DNA of 53,002 nucleotides, counting the filler, from Bipalium vagum (taxonomy: Eukaryota): the NCBI GenBank assembly GCA_037834085.1. It is 3 parts of 3 records of this genome, joined end to end, with 100 filler letters (N's around TTAATTAATTAA, not from the genome) between each part and the next. Parts side by side here need not be neighbours in the genome. Positions count along the whole stretch, not along the records: positions 1 to 16,016 come from JBBMKC010132057.1; positions 16,117 to 36,276 come from JBBMKC010259075.1; 1 more part is not named here. One strand, 5' to 3'. Position 1 is the first letter of the stretch. Each line of letters opens with the position of its first letter. Below the pieces are notes generated by a model. The model saw only the letters and a list, made by a program, of their open reading frames with translations, did not search any database and was not told where the DNA came from. Position numbers and translations under genes: made by a program. This document shows positions 13,651 to 28,400 of the stretch, piece after piece.

Positions 13651-15940
13651 GTAAGAAAATTCATTGCTTAAAATAATATATTATTAAAATTATTGTTATT
13701 ATTATCATTACTATTATTATTATTATTTTTATTATTATTATTTTTTTTTTATTTTTATTTTTATTAATATCTAAGTCTAAGAATAACGATGATAATTTTT
13801 ATGGCAAATAAAAATTAAAATCGGTTCAATTTTTTCTTTTGTGGAAGAAGAAAAATAATTCCTGTCACAAAAGCTCCTTATTTACCTTGAATTTTAACAT
13901 AATTATTGATTAAGTCAATAATTTTTAAGGTTTATTATATATATTTAGAATTAAAATCTGATATATTTATCCATAAACTAGAGTTGATATCTTGACAAAC
14001 TGTTATATATTTTCCTAAACCATTTAGTCTGAATAAGTGTTCGTAAATTATTCTTTTGTCAATATTTATGTTAATGAACTTTCTAACCTTATAAATAATT
14101 AAAAACATAAAATTATCGAGCTTATTTCTGTGAAGCTTTGGTTTTGACAGAATAAAAGAAGCATATAGAAATATAACAATGAATATTATTTTAGGAATTG
14201 ATGAACTTGTATCAAATTCAAAACGTTTATGATATTTTTATGATAAAAAATAATTTTTACTCATTTTAATTATTTATTCTTCTTTTTGAGTCTTTATCAT
14301 AATTAGTTTTAGTAAAATAAATATAACATGGTCTTAAATTTATTCACTCGAATATGTCTAGGTATTAAAATAGATATTTTCATTGTGATAACTATCACTA
14401 ATTATTACTAAAGCCTAACTAATCTAGGAATAACAGTAAACATTTTAGTGATTCTGATAATCAATTCTTTCTAAGACGTTTCTTTATTTTTGCGAGATCT
14501 TTTGGTCACAGGTAGGCTTAGAATAATCTCTTTTTCATCATGAAATATGAAATATCATTTATAGGAGTTAAATCTGAACATGGCTATTTTTAAATGTTAT
14601 ATCATTATGAGGATGTTAATCAGACCTGAGGAATTTTGTAATTATTTTAAAAATTAATTAAGCTCAATATTAAGTATGTATATGTATCAGTTACTATTTT
14701 AAAATATTTAAAAAGTATGTATGTATGAAATTTTAAGGTAAAATTATTTTTAAAATTAAAAAAAGTCAGGTCTCAGAAAATTTGTTTAAATAATATTTCT
14801 GTTTCATCACTTAATAAATAGTGTTATGGATAGTAAGCCAATTGATATTAACAATCATAATATAAAATTTAGAATACTTAAAATAATTATTATAAATATC
14901 TTAATTAAAATAAAAAATAACTCCTTTATTTTGTCATAATTCTCAAAATAATGTCATTTTAATTGATCAACTACATGCTATAATTAAATTAAATCAATAA
15001 TATTAAAGAAAAAAAAAGAATAGAAAAATGATTTTAAATTCATATTTTTTGAGATTTTAAAATTGTGTCTGAAAAAGAAAAAATAATGTTTAAACATCTG
15101 GCGTTAAAATGACTTAAATATTTTTTTATTATCGAAAAAATCGTTAATATTCTGCAATTTTCTTGAGGCATCTTTACCGAAGTTAAGAAAATTTGGCATT
15201 TATTGTTCCATTAAATTTTTGAATAAAAATCTAAAATAAATATTTTTGTTAGAAATATCACAATTAATGAAGGCACAATATTTTTAATGATGATATCCAG
15301 ATTATATACACACATAATGAAATTACTGATTAACAGATGCCATCACTACAATCGTTTTATATTTAACACTATTTTCAGATATAGGGACTTTCAAAGTTTG
15401 GAAAAGTTTTTTTTATATTTAAGACCTGGAAATTTTCCATTGAGACTTCCAAGGTTTTCTGGTATTAAACATAAAATGGTCTTATTCGAACTTTGAAATT
15501 CTTTGAAATATTCGAAAACAGTATTTTACATTTAATGAACATAATGGTAAAAACTTAATAATGTTACTTACTTTAGTTACTTAATAAAAAACTAAAATAT
15601 ACATATAAAAAATCAAAAATACAGGATTAAAAAATATAAAACTAGACAAATTAGATTTTTGAAAATTTTTCTAAAATTCTAGACTTCTTACAAAACTTAC
15701 TTTTGATTTTTAGACATAGTGTAAGTGTCTGTACACATATCTTTATTATTTTAACACAGGATTTGAAACAAGGGGGATTCTAATTGAACTGATATTATAA
15801 TGACGTCATTTATTTATTTCCTTAATTTAATTGAGCACTTCTATTTTATAAACGTAACATTTCTTATTATGTTCACTTCCATTATACAAATATTTTTGGT
15901 CATTTTTTTTGTTTATTAAATTTTTATTTTAAGAATATTT

Positions 15941-16016
15941 ATGGAACGCGAAAAACAGTTTTTCCGACATGTCCTGTTGCACTATTTTGATTTGCAGAAA
16001 AGTGCTGCGGAAACCT
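15941..16016 (+). mobile_element. Mariner transposase N-terminus truncated by the contig end
   Basis: MEREKQFFRHVLLHYFDLQKSAAET matches the Mos1-type N-terminal HTH start. Confidence 0.7.
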
Positions 16017-16116
16017 NNNNNNNNNNNNNNNNNNNNNNNNNNNNNNNNNNNNNNNNNNNNTTAATTAATTAANNNNNNNNNNNNNNNNNNNNNNNNNNNN
16101 NNNNNNNNNNNNNNNN
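16017..16116. other. Artificial contig spacer (N44-TTAATTAATTAA-N44)
   Basis: Six-frame stop linker within Ns, 100 nt in total. Confidence 0.97.
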
Positions 16117-16448
16117 AACAAACACGTGATCTGTCTATTTAAATATTAAATTAAATTAATAATAGATGCATCTAATGTCATTCAAAACGACATTAAAAAA
16201 CGGCACGAATTTATTAGACAACCTAATAGATGTCTTAAATCATCAAATATATTTTTATAATATATATATGTTATATTATATTACTATTAGATTTGAAAAT
16301 ATAGTAGAATCTAAAAAATAAATTCAAGAAATTGTTTTAAAATAATAACTGAAAATTTACTAAGTTAATAAAAATTACATTAAGGATACACAAAAAGTAT
16401 AGTTTAAATGAACTAAACTATGACCTTCAAATGTTAATTTAATTTAAG

Positions 16449-19400
16449 ATGAATAAAAATGATGAATTTTTGAGAAGTGTAAAATCCACAAATTTATTAA
16501 CCTATGGTCCTGTTTCATTCGTATTATTGGGGTCTTGGGACAGTAGAAGAGGTCCCCTGATAAAAAATCTTTGGTATGTTCAAAAATCTGCAACAGATTG
16601 TCTAGACTCTTTATCAAAACAACATACATCAATTGATGATAAAATAGATTATATCCGGGATTATGTAGAACCGACCAAGTTTATCACAAATTATGTGTTG
16701 TCAACAATGTTAAATGGAGGAGATGAACCATCTAATTTTGAAGATAGCTATACACGAACATTTGCAAATCACAAAGCTGAACTGGCGGAGTTAGATAATT
16801 CTATCAAATTTAAATTGATAATTAATGAAAAACATAAAATATTAGTCCACAGCTTTCTTTTTAATGCCCTATCTATAGATGGTGGCTGTGGAATTAATCA
16901 AAGATTAATTTCTCCACATTGCTTGTGTTTTATATTTCCGCTGAAGTTGAAGAGTAAATGCATGGTTTGGCAGCCTGTGATAAACAACTTGATGTTACAG
17001 CACTTGCCATATTTGAGAGTCATTCACAAGAAAGTAAGTGTGTGTCAAAGTTATAACTGGGTTGTTTCAAAATTAGTTTTAAATCTGTTGAACGTTGAGT
17101 CATTGTTAACCTTTTAAACTTAAGTACCAAGATACCACTTGGGAAATAGGATGTAACAGGTATAGTTTATAAAAGGATGTTTTTGTAGATCTTTTCAATT
17201 TGACCCATCCCCTCAATAATCAGAACTTTCGTCAAATGGAATTAAAATTATCCAAAAATCCATCACAACTTTATCACTGCTAAAGTGCTCTAAGTTAAAT
17301 TTTAATAATATGTTGGTTTTATTTTTCTTTGATGATTTCATAGAGAATATTTAGAGGAATGGATTTAATACAAAAATTATTCATTTTTTGTGATATCTAT
17401 AACTCAGATGATCATTATTTTTAATGTCTATGTTCTTGCTAAAAAATATTTTTATCATGGATAACAACATTGTGTTATTTTTAGTGGATGTTCTGTTGAA
17501 AAAATTAATTTTTAATAAATGTATTTCATTTTTTCAAAAAAGTTGTATTATCTCAATATATTTAACACAATATTAGATTTTAAAATCTGATACTTTTTAC
17601 ACAACTTATATTTTAAATTAATAAATGTGTAAAATTTTTATTTTAATACTGAATTTTTTTTTCTAATTTATCTATATTTGTTTTAATTTCGGTTATGATA
17701 AATTTTTCATATCTTAATGTATTGAAATAGATCAAATTCCTGGACCAAAATCGATTGAAAATTGTGCTTATTAAGTAATATTTATTATAATAATAGTTTT
17801 TAAATTGCAAACCAATTGATAATTGTGTGAGAGTCAGATGTGTAAATATTGGATCAAAGTCTATTATCGAGAGACTTATAGGATAAACTTTTACTTGTAA
17901 TAAACGTCTTAATTTTTGTTTTATTTTTTGCATTGTCAATTTCATTTTCACAATTATTTTATATTAAAAAATACCCTTATTCAGAGTATTGAGGAAAATC
18001 TTTTAACTGATTATACTGTTGTGATCACAGATCTCATTCAAGTGCTACACAGTCTGAATCGATTTTCCCTTCCCAACACAATTTGTGTAAGAATTTATTA
18101 TACATAAAATGTAATGCCTTTCAAACACTTGTAATGTTTCATAAAGGTTGTTCATAAGTAACTTTAAAATAAAACCTAGCTTATGAAAGTGGATTGTTGT
18201 TTTAATTAACTAATATTTATCATTTTATTTTAAATAATAAACGAATATTTTATATTTAAATTTCGTTGTATTTTTAAATAAAGTGTGATTTTTTTGGGGG
18301 ACAGTTTTATATTGTTTTTATTTAAGTGGTGAAAATGCAAATGTCATTCTACGAAAGTTTAAAAAAGTGTGGTCTAATACAAGATACGTTTTCTACAAAT
18401 TTCAAAAAAAATTGATGCAAAAATTAAAGAAACAGAAGTTTTATTGATAGAAGAAAGTCAGGGTGTACATCTAAGCAAGATAAGCGATGTGTATTCGAAC
18501 AGTACCTCAGAAATTAAATGCACTCTAGAAGAATATCAGATGAAACAAACATCCCTTGCATCAGTGTATATCACATTCTTCGCAGTAAACTGAGACCATT
18601 TCCCAAAAAATCAAGTTGGTACAAGAACTAAAATCAACTGATGCTTCCCTCCAGCTACATCTTGCAAAGTAGCTTCTAGACAATGAGGAAATGATTAATA
18701 ACATCTTGTGAAGAGATGAATGTCATTTGTATGTGAAAGGCACCATAAACACAAAGAATTATCATTTGATCTAGACAAAATCAAAATCCAAGGTCATACC
18801 AAATTTCTCTGTATTTACCGAAAGTGACGTTTTGTCTCTAAACATTTTACTCTTACTCCATGTATCTACCTTGAAATTGTCAATATGCAGCGCTATCCTA
18901 CAATGATTAAAGACCATCTTCTACCAAATTTTTCTGTTGACTCAAAACTTCATAAAGAAGTTCATGTCTTAAGAATAAAAATATAGGAGGAATTGTTGGA
19001 TAAAATTGAAAATAATAACAACTTTATACAAAATATAATTTTTCTGGTTAAAAAATTTTTTATCTTGACATCTCTCTTAATCGTCAAAACTATGTAATTC
19101 AGATCACGGAAAACATAAGGGAATCATTCAAGAATTCCAATCAAGTCCAAAAAAATATGTGAATGGTTTAGTCCAGCACAAATATTTATGTCCATTCTTC
19201 TTTGGAATAAGCAAATGGTGATAATTACTTGGAAATGTTAAACTTATATTTTTACCCGTCTTAAAAAACTCGTAAAATTTAATATTTCTGAATATCCATT
19301 ATTTCTAATAAAGAGTGTATACGGAAAAAAATGGTCGCATACAAACACATGTGACACTTCAGATATAATTGTAAAAATATAGGTAAGCATACAGATCTAT

Positions 19401-22400
19401 AGCTGAATCATTAATTTATAATAAAGAATCTATAATTTTTTAGTTTCATTAAATTTAGAAAAATGGTCTCAACAAAGGAAAGTATCCGCGAATTAATTGT
19501 GCGCAAAAAGCTGGAAAATGTGGATTTATCTCACAGAGATATTGAAAAAAGCCTAAATGTTTCCAAATCAACGGTAACACCTTTGCTTAAAAACTTCGAT
19601 AAACGATTAAGAAGGGATTTGTCTCAGAGAAAAAGACCAAGGAAGTGGTACCTACATTTCATAAAAATCCCGGAATCTCTATTCATGATACGGCTAAAAT
19701 GTTAAAATGTCGCCTGGTTATGTTCAAAAAGTCCGCAAAGAGGAAGGTCTGAAATCATACAAAGTTTTAATGGTTCCAAACAGGAACGATAAACAGCAGG
19801 CAACCGCCAAATATCGTTCAAAAAAACTGTATGACAATATTGTGCACAACTTTGACTACATGATAATGGATGACGAAACTTATGTCAGGGCAGACTTCAA
19901 TCAGATTCCTGGTCAGCTTTTCTATACTTCAAAGAAGAAAGGCAATGTTGCACCAAAATTTAAAGAAAAAAAAGTGGACAAGTTCGCAAAAAATATTTAG
20001 TTTGGCAAACAATTTGTAAATGTGGTTTGAAAAGCAGGGTTTTTGTAACCTGTGGTACTATGAACCAAACTATTTATGTTGAGGAATGCTTGCAGAAACG
20101 ACTTCTCCCTATGTTACTAGTTCATAACGTTCCAGTTGTGTTTTGGCCTGATTTGGCAACATGTCACTATGAAAAATTGGCCATAGACTGGTACAATGAG
20201 AATGGGGTCAATATTGTACCGAAGAGTGCTAATCCTCCCAATTGTCCGGAACTCCGACCAATTGAAAAAAATTGGGCTACAATGAAAAGGAAATTATTGT
20301 CAACAAAACAAAACGTGAAAAATGAAAAGGAATTTGACAAGGAATGGGTCAAAATATCATCTGAGGTTACAAAAAATGATGTTCAGCACCTAATTTAATT
20401 TTAATAGGATCCAAACTTCGATCTTTTGCATTCAATACCGCCAAATAATAAAATGTGTAATTTTTTGTAAATATATTCTTATTACATTTTTGGATATTCA
20501 TAAATTTTGTGTTTAGCTTAAAATAAATGCGGATTTGATAGCTATATTTTGCCGACCAGTTTTTTTCGTATACACCCTTTATTAACAAAAGTACTTGTGA
20601 TTATTTATAAAAAAATATAAATTTTGTACTATCTATGCAGGCCTTGCTGTAGTTGATAATAATAATTAAATGTTAATCTTTGCTCTTTCTTAAATTCGTA
20701 TTAATTTAATAATTCTTTCTTATCCAGGGAACTTTGGTGCATTTTAAATACTAACTAAATTGTATTACAAAAAATTCATTTTTCTTAATTTTATTTAGTT
20801 TAAGAAAACCTTTTTTTCTACCAGTAGTAATGAAAAAATTCGAAGAGATTTCCTAAGCACAGCTATCATGTCACATTTAATAACTTTTGGGAGGTCACTT
20901 GTAATTGGAAATGATATAAACCTTATCAATACGGTTTGTAATTTTTTATTACTAATTGTGAATTTTATTATTTTAATTTAATTAAATTATATTTATTTTT
21001 CTCTTTGCATTACATTTATTCCAGCAATATTCAAATCTTAAAATCCCATCAGCATAGTATGATTTATCAAGACTTTCAAAATATACATTACCTAAATATT
21101 GAACTTGGATATTTGACCTGAATAGTTTTCCAGAAATTTTTAAAACAAGCAATCAATCTGTGTCAAATCAGGAAAGTACATTGGATAAGGATGCAATTCA
21201 CATCTTAGTTCGTGGAGTTTCAATGTTCAACTGTTGAGAATGAGCTGGTTCGTTGTTATGATGAAAAAACACCTTTTTCCTTTCTAGGTGATGACATTTA
21301 TTCTTCAGCTCGCTAGTCAAGTTGCTCAATAATGATGCATAATATACCTCTGTAATGTTTTTCCATTTTTCCACATAATCAGTCAATATTATGCTATTTA
21401 CATTCAAAAAAACTGTTGCCATAATTTTTCTTTTCGGTGCAATAACTGTTGCCTTCTTTAGTGCACTAGAATCTATCCATTAATTTTACTGTTATATTGT
21501 TTCAGGGATCTAATGTTTTTTTCATGTTTCATGAACAGTAACTAATTGCCGTAATAAATTCAACTGAAATAACTGTCAACATTGCTTCGGTAATTGTTTC
21601 TTTGACGTTTTTGATCAATGGTCGACAAACGTATGACCCATCTTGCTCATAACTTTTTCATACCTAAATGGTCATATCCAATCTTTCGCACGCGTTTTTT
21701 TAAAATCTTTGGAATATCAGCAAGTTCATGAACCCATATATAACGATCATCCAAAACTACGCCGTGAATTTTTTCAGTAACTTTATCAGTTGTTGTTGTG
21801 CGTGGTCTTCATCAACGTTCATCATGTTCAATTGATGTGTGACAGAACTAAATTCAACTGCTCATATTTTGATTTTTTAAAATGATGGAACAGAGTTACT
21901 AAATGTAGAATCCATTTCATTTTTAATTTCGGTTAGAGTTAAGTCTTCCATGGTGAAATACTTAATCACTACGTGATGTTTTATTTTTTGACAAAATGCT
22001 GTGATTTTAAAATTCAAAAAATTGTTGCAACAGAATTATGAAATGAAATGTTACATAGACAATTGTATTTTTTGAAAAAAAAATCAATTTTATTTAATTG
22101 CTGTTCTTTCTTGATTAGTCCGAGAACTTTCACCCCACCTTCGTAATAGAGAGTAGAGGAAATTTTTAAGAAATCTTTGATCATTTACAAAATTTTAGAA
22201 CTACTTTTTCGTCTGAAATATAATTATTTCTGATAAAAGGTTTTTGAACATTATTTAAATACATTGCTTCATTTTTATATTTTTAAATTTTAAATCATAA
22301 TAAATATATTACGTTATATAATTATTGTTAAAGATGATCCGAACTTTATCAATTTTTCTGCCGATGGAAAAACGAGAATTATGTGTTGAATTAATAGAAA

Positions 22401-25400
22401 AGGAACAATCTTGTTTTCATAGTGATATAATGGTGCAAGGATTGTACAAGGTAACAAGTTTTATTTGATATAAAGGTTTTGACATAAATTTTCTGATTTA
22501 CGTTATTATTAATAAACATTAATACAAAAATTAAATATTTAAATTGAAACAGTTTTCATTTTAAAAATACAGGTGAAGGAAAATGAAAATGACTTTTATA
22601 AATTTATAAATTTATTAAGATACTGGGTGTTTGAGATAATTGAGGAATATTTTCAAACTAATATTATATAAATATTTTTATATAATCCTCTGAGCTTTAC
22701 TTGTTTAAGTAAACTAATATATCAATAATATCAATAGATCAAAAATTAATTTTAAAGTTTTAGATGTCTTCGGAATACGACAGAAGAGCTGCAATACTCA
22801 AATCACTTCGTACTGGAAAAACAGCTCCAAAAATTATTAATTAATTTGGTTAGAGCAAGCCAACAACATACAACCTCACCAAAAGGTTTAAGGAAGATCA
22901 TGACACGGACAATATAAATGCGAAAAGAAAGACACATCAAACGTTCTGACTCTTTGCCGAAAATTGATGGTGATGGCTCTAAAAATATGGCTGATCTCAC
23001 CAATGAAATGAACGTGGCCATGTCAACTATTTATTTGCAATCCCCTTGATTATTATCTATTGGACGTAGTTGAAGCAGAAGTCAATTCAAAAGCTCATCT
23101 CACTATCAAATCATTACATGATTCTATCAAAAAGGTAATAGAAAATTTGGATAAGAGAGAGGTAAAACGAGCATGTAGCAGGTTTCGGTTCAGACTGGAA
23201 TTGGTTGTTGCAGCTAATGGAGGTCACTTTGAATAATATTATTGTATAAGCTTTTATATTTGAATATACTTATTACATCGCCCCATGTATATTTTTTTTA
23301 TTTGTTGTAAAATATTCCGGATTTATCTCAAATACCCAGTATATTAATCTTAAGCACAAATAATTATTAAAAAAAATTTTAAAATTTTGTGTTTTATTTT
23401 ATGAACTAAAATATAATTTAAAGTTTCAATCAGGAATCGATACAATTTTCATTTATTTCATTTAATCATTAAATTTATGTCAATTCAAATTACCTTAACC
23501 TCTTGTATTCTAATATATTTATTTTTTATTGATTAAAAATATATAAAGTAATAATAATAACATAAATGTCACCTGGCCATTTAAGTAATCACGAGATACT
23601 TAAAAATGAAATGATAAATAAAAATATATTTTTGTGAAATGACAATTTAATTTTCAATTTTTTCTTAATATTAATAATTATTAAATTCCTATTGATTCCT
23701 ATGATTCCAGCTTTTTTTGATTAAAAAAAACACATTTTTTCTTTAAATTTTTATTTAATAAAATTTGATCAAAATATCTTCCCTTTACAGATATGACATT
23801 GGACCATCTTTTAGGCAAAGAATAGATTCCACGAAAAAAACTGGTTCTTTTGAAGAAATCCAGCTATCAATCCATTTTTAAAGGTCTTCATCAGAATTGA
23901 CCAGCTTCCCAAACAGCACGGATTGCATTGAGCGGAAAAAATGGAAATCCGATGTGGCGCATGATGTAAGACTTCCCATTTTTCATCTTCTAAGTAATTA
24001 TCTACAGTAGAATGAACATGTGGTCTGGGGTTATCATATAGTAAAATTATCTATCATGTATGTTCATCCATTATTACCTTTTCTCTTTTAGAGCTCGTTT
24101 TAAACGAATTAATTTGGATCGATAATGTTCACCAGTCATCGTTTATGATGATTTCAACAGTTCATAATAAATCACACCATTTTGATCCCACCAGATAACC
24201 ATCACTTTAGACCCATGGATATTCTGTTTGGACGTTGATGTACTCGGTTTGTCAGGCTTCACCCAAGATGCTGTGCGTTTTTGATTGTCATATCGAAATC
24301 ATGTTTCCTCTCCTGTTACAGTTCAATGCAAGAAACTTTTTCTTTGTTTCCTACGAAGATGGATATCACAAATTGTAAGTTGCCTTTCAATATCTCTTTC
24401 CGTCAATCTATATGGGACTTCTCAGACGTTTGAAAATGCATCCTTGGCTCACATTTAACACAATAGACAGTTCAATTTGACGTGGATCTTCTTATAGAAA
24501 TTGTGCCAATTCTTCATCTTCAAACAATTTGTGTTGTCTACCATGCTCTTTGTCCATGATGTAGTAATCTTCATTCCTGAATCGGCAAAATCATTCTTTG
24601 TATATTGTGGCGGAAGGTGTATATTTATCGTAAACCTCTACCAACAAAAGATGTGCTCCTTTCTTAATTACATAAAAATTTTATTTTAAGTAAAAAAAAT
24701 GGATTTTAACTTGAAAAATAATTACACGGCAATCAATTCTCTTTTCGTATCTAGCGCTGATAAATTCATTGTTAAATTTTTAATATTTTTTTCTCAAGAA
24801 ATGGAAATTTCGTTTTTTTAACTTGGAATATTTATTTTATTTTTTCTCAAATTCTGAAGGCAATTCTTTAGGAAAACATAGTGGAATTTGAATATACATT
24901 TTGGGCAGTGGTTAGTGGACCATATCCTCTCACAGTCATAAATTTGAATTCGTGGAGAGTGATGCAAAGCGGCAATTATACATATCACAAATGGATGCAA
25001 TATTTGATGCACGAAAATCTCTTGAAGAAATTATATTTAGCCGAAAAATGTTTGCCGATCAAGCTTCATTTTAGAAAGATTAGCATAAAGTAATAGTTTG
25101 AGATTATTTTATCTTCATCATTTCATTTTAATGACAATTAAATTATTGTCTATCCATTATAATTATTGGGTATCAGATTTTACAGAAATAAAATAGATAA
25201 AAAAAAAAGATACGTGACAAGGCTAAAAGTACTTATCTCTACTTAAAATATTGAAGATACTCAAATAATATTTTGCACGGGAAATAATAATTATATATAA
25301 GTATGAAAAGTAGTTCAAATATTCTAATCTTTGATTGCACTAGATTGCATTAATTCAAAAATACATGTTCGAAAATGTGAAAAATTGCAGTGGATATCTG

Positions 25401-28400
25401 TTAAAAAGGAAAATATTTATGAGCTTCAAGAGGTACGGTGAAGAGTCCCATCTCAGGTGACCATTTATAACTGGATCCGAGAATTTTCATCTGATCGAAC
25501 AAGTGATTTCGATGCAACCAAAAGACCTGTCGAAATTAGTGAAGACTTACTAAAAAATTGAAACATTGTGACAAATAAACGAAAAAGTATTAATTAATTA
25601 TTATCTGAGAGGCTAAATGTGTGCAAAAAATTGTCCAACTGCTTCTTTAGTAAATAAGAATCCAAACAATATTTGAGTAATAATGCAGCGGCAGAAAAAA
25701 TATAATAGCAAAAATAATCAATGGTTGAATATAGACCCAAAGGCCAAATCAGTTCCAAGAAGTGAACAGTTATCAAAAAAGTTGCTATTTGTGTTTGGTG
25801 GAATTTTGAATTAACTACGAACATCAAGAAATTAGATGCAGACTAATATTGTTTATTATTAGATCAAATGTTAGAAAAATGCAGCAGAAAACCTGTCATT
25901 CCTCAGTAGAACGCAAGTACTCTTGTATCAAGATAATGCCAGACAACAAATCGCAAAAACACTTGAAAAAAACAAATAATAAAAAATTTCCTCAGGTTCT
26001 GATCTTACTCCATCAGATTATCATCTCTTCCGAACAATAGTAGATTACCTCAACGGGTGTATCTATAATGATTTTGACAAGGTGGAAAAGGGATACCAGA
26101 ATTTTTCGTGTCCAGGAAAAGAACATTAAACATATCTCCTGGTTCTCAATTAACCGAATATTAATCCGTTAGAAAATATATGTGAAGTGCTTGACTGTAA
26201 AGTTTATGAAGGTGGAAAACATTTTCAGTCCATTAAAGAGTTGAAATCTGCTTGGGGGATATGGAACATTGAAAAACTTGTTGAATTCTATACTACATAG
26301 AATTTCTCAAGTTATTAATAATAAATATGAAATAAATATTAGAAATCTTTTATTAAATTTGTTTCTCGTTCGGTATTTAAAATCCCGGTTGTGGGGTGTG
26401 TCGAAAAGTATTGTTCAGTAAATTAATCACAGTTTTTATCTTTTTCTGTAATTAAATTTAAGTATTAGGTTGTCCAGTATGAAATTGCGGATTTTTTATA
26501 TTAATTTTCAAATAAAAGTTAATCACAAACGTTAACAATAAATTGTTTGTTTATATATACCAAATTAAAGAGTAACTTTCAAACTTTAATATAAATATAA
26601 AAGTAAACATTAATTTAAAGTAAAAGTTTTTTTATCGTTCTTTACTAAGCAAGGTTGATCAACAAATTCGAGTATGCATATTATACGAGTTTAAATTTAA
26701 CCACAATGCATCAGAAGCAACTAGAAACATTAATGCTGCATGGGGTGAAGGTAGAATAAGCGAAAGAACAACACAGATATGATTATTTATACTTATTTAG
26801 TATAAGAGTATTATACTTATTTAGTAGGTTATCTTATCGTATTTGTAGGTGCGGGAATAAATTTATCGCACTGTATATAAATAGAAAATGCAGATCTTGA
26901 AAGTCTGATTTCTTTTTGTTTTCTAAATCGAAAAAATATTAAAAACATTTACTATATTGACTTTATGTAATTATAAAGATCCATTCTACAGAAATGAATT
27001 AGCACATTGGCCACAACATAGAAGTTTTTCAACTTGGCGAGTATTTAGAAAGGTTTATTTTTAAATATTCAGATTTTTTATGACCTTGCCAGGAACTCTT
27101 TGATTCATCTTTGTGTTATTGAGATATTTTAGAAAATTTCATCTTATTATGCAAATAATTTCAATTTTCAGGAAATTAAAATAACATGTTGTATACTTTA
27201 ATCTTAATTTTATCATGCAATTTTCATGAGAAAAACTAAAAAAGTGTTACATTTGGCTTCTTTCCCTACCCGGAAATTATTTGTTAAGTATATTGAAAAT
27301 AGGAAATTTTTCTTTATATATTTTTGAGAACTTTCTTTTCACGTTTTTAGAATTTTTTTTATTTACGTTTTCAGTTTAGATTTCATATTGAAGGATGGTA
27401 GCTACCTAGGTGATTTGTGCAAAGCATTTGTGACGAAGGTATTACCTCTCATTTAGACTTCAATATTTTACAATTTTCAGATCACTTCTGTTTCCGGATG
27501 TCGGAGAAAGATGGATATTTTTAATATATTTATTGATATTCTTAATAATAAGGCAAAGTTACTTATCACGTTAACTAAGCACTACATTGGGTAATTTTGT
27601 TTTATTATTTAGCGAATATTTTGATTAATTCGATTTAATTTTTAATTTAAAAAAATTTTTATGAACTCTTTGGAAACTTTGAAATTGTATTAAATTGAGA
27701 GAAAAGTAAATATTCAATTTTCAAAGTACCCTAAATTCTTACTTATAAACCAAACTCATATATACGCCGTAACATGAATTTTTATAAAATTATTAAAATT
27801 ATTACACACCAGTTTTAAGCAAATTTGTTTGAATATTGTTTAATCAATAAATTTTCAAATTTTATAATTGAAATGGATACAAGTAAAACTCTAAAGTCTT
27901 ATTCAAGTCATCGAAAACTGGAATTCACTAATTTTCCTATAGATAATTCGCGGTTTATAAGTAAGAATTTAGGGTAAATTAAAAAATTATTTTATCATTA
28001 TTAATTTGCTTAATAATATAAAGACATTTTGAAATTCAATGGCAAGGAAGAATATTTAGAAAATCAACACCAATTTAATTATGTTAATACTAGATATGAG
28101 AAAGGAGAAAGAAGTGAGAGTAATGAGAATAATAATTATTTTGAAATGGTGCGTTACTTTGATAGAAAATGAGAAATTTTTGAAAAGATAATTAGATATA
28201 TTAAATGTTAAAGAGGATTTCAGATTAGGAAAGATCCTTGAAAAAAATGAACGTATGCTTATGACATATAAAATCAGATTAACATAAAATCCCCGTGGTT
28301 TGACTAAAAAATTTTTTAACATTTCAAATTTGTAATAAGAAAATAAATCATTTAAAAAACAGGCTTATAGATTTCAGGCCGATAGATGCTAATAATAACA

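Noticed and set aside
16061-16072. Palindromic TTAATTAATTAA inside both N-runs
   Set aside because: Artificial six-frame stop linker, not biological.
17189-17315. Possible extra or mutually exclusive C9orf72 exon in intron 1
   Set aside because: Both candidate acceptors give stops in the required phase 0; the open frame is phase-incompatible.
16117-17984. GGGGCC-type repeat near the C9orf72 5' end
   Set aside because: None is present in the visible sequence.
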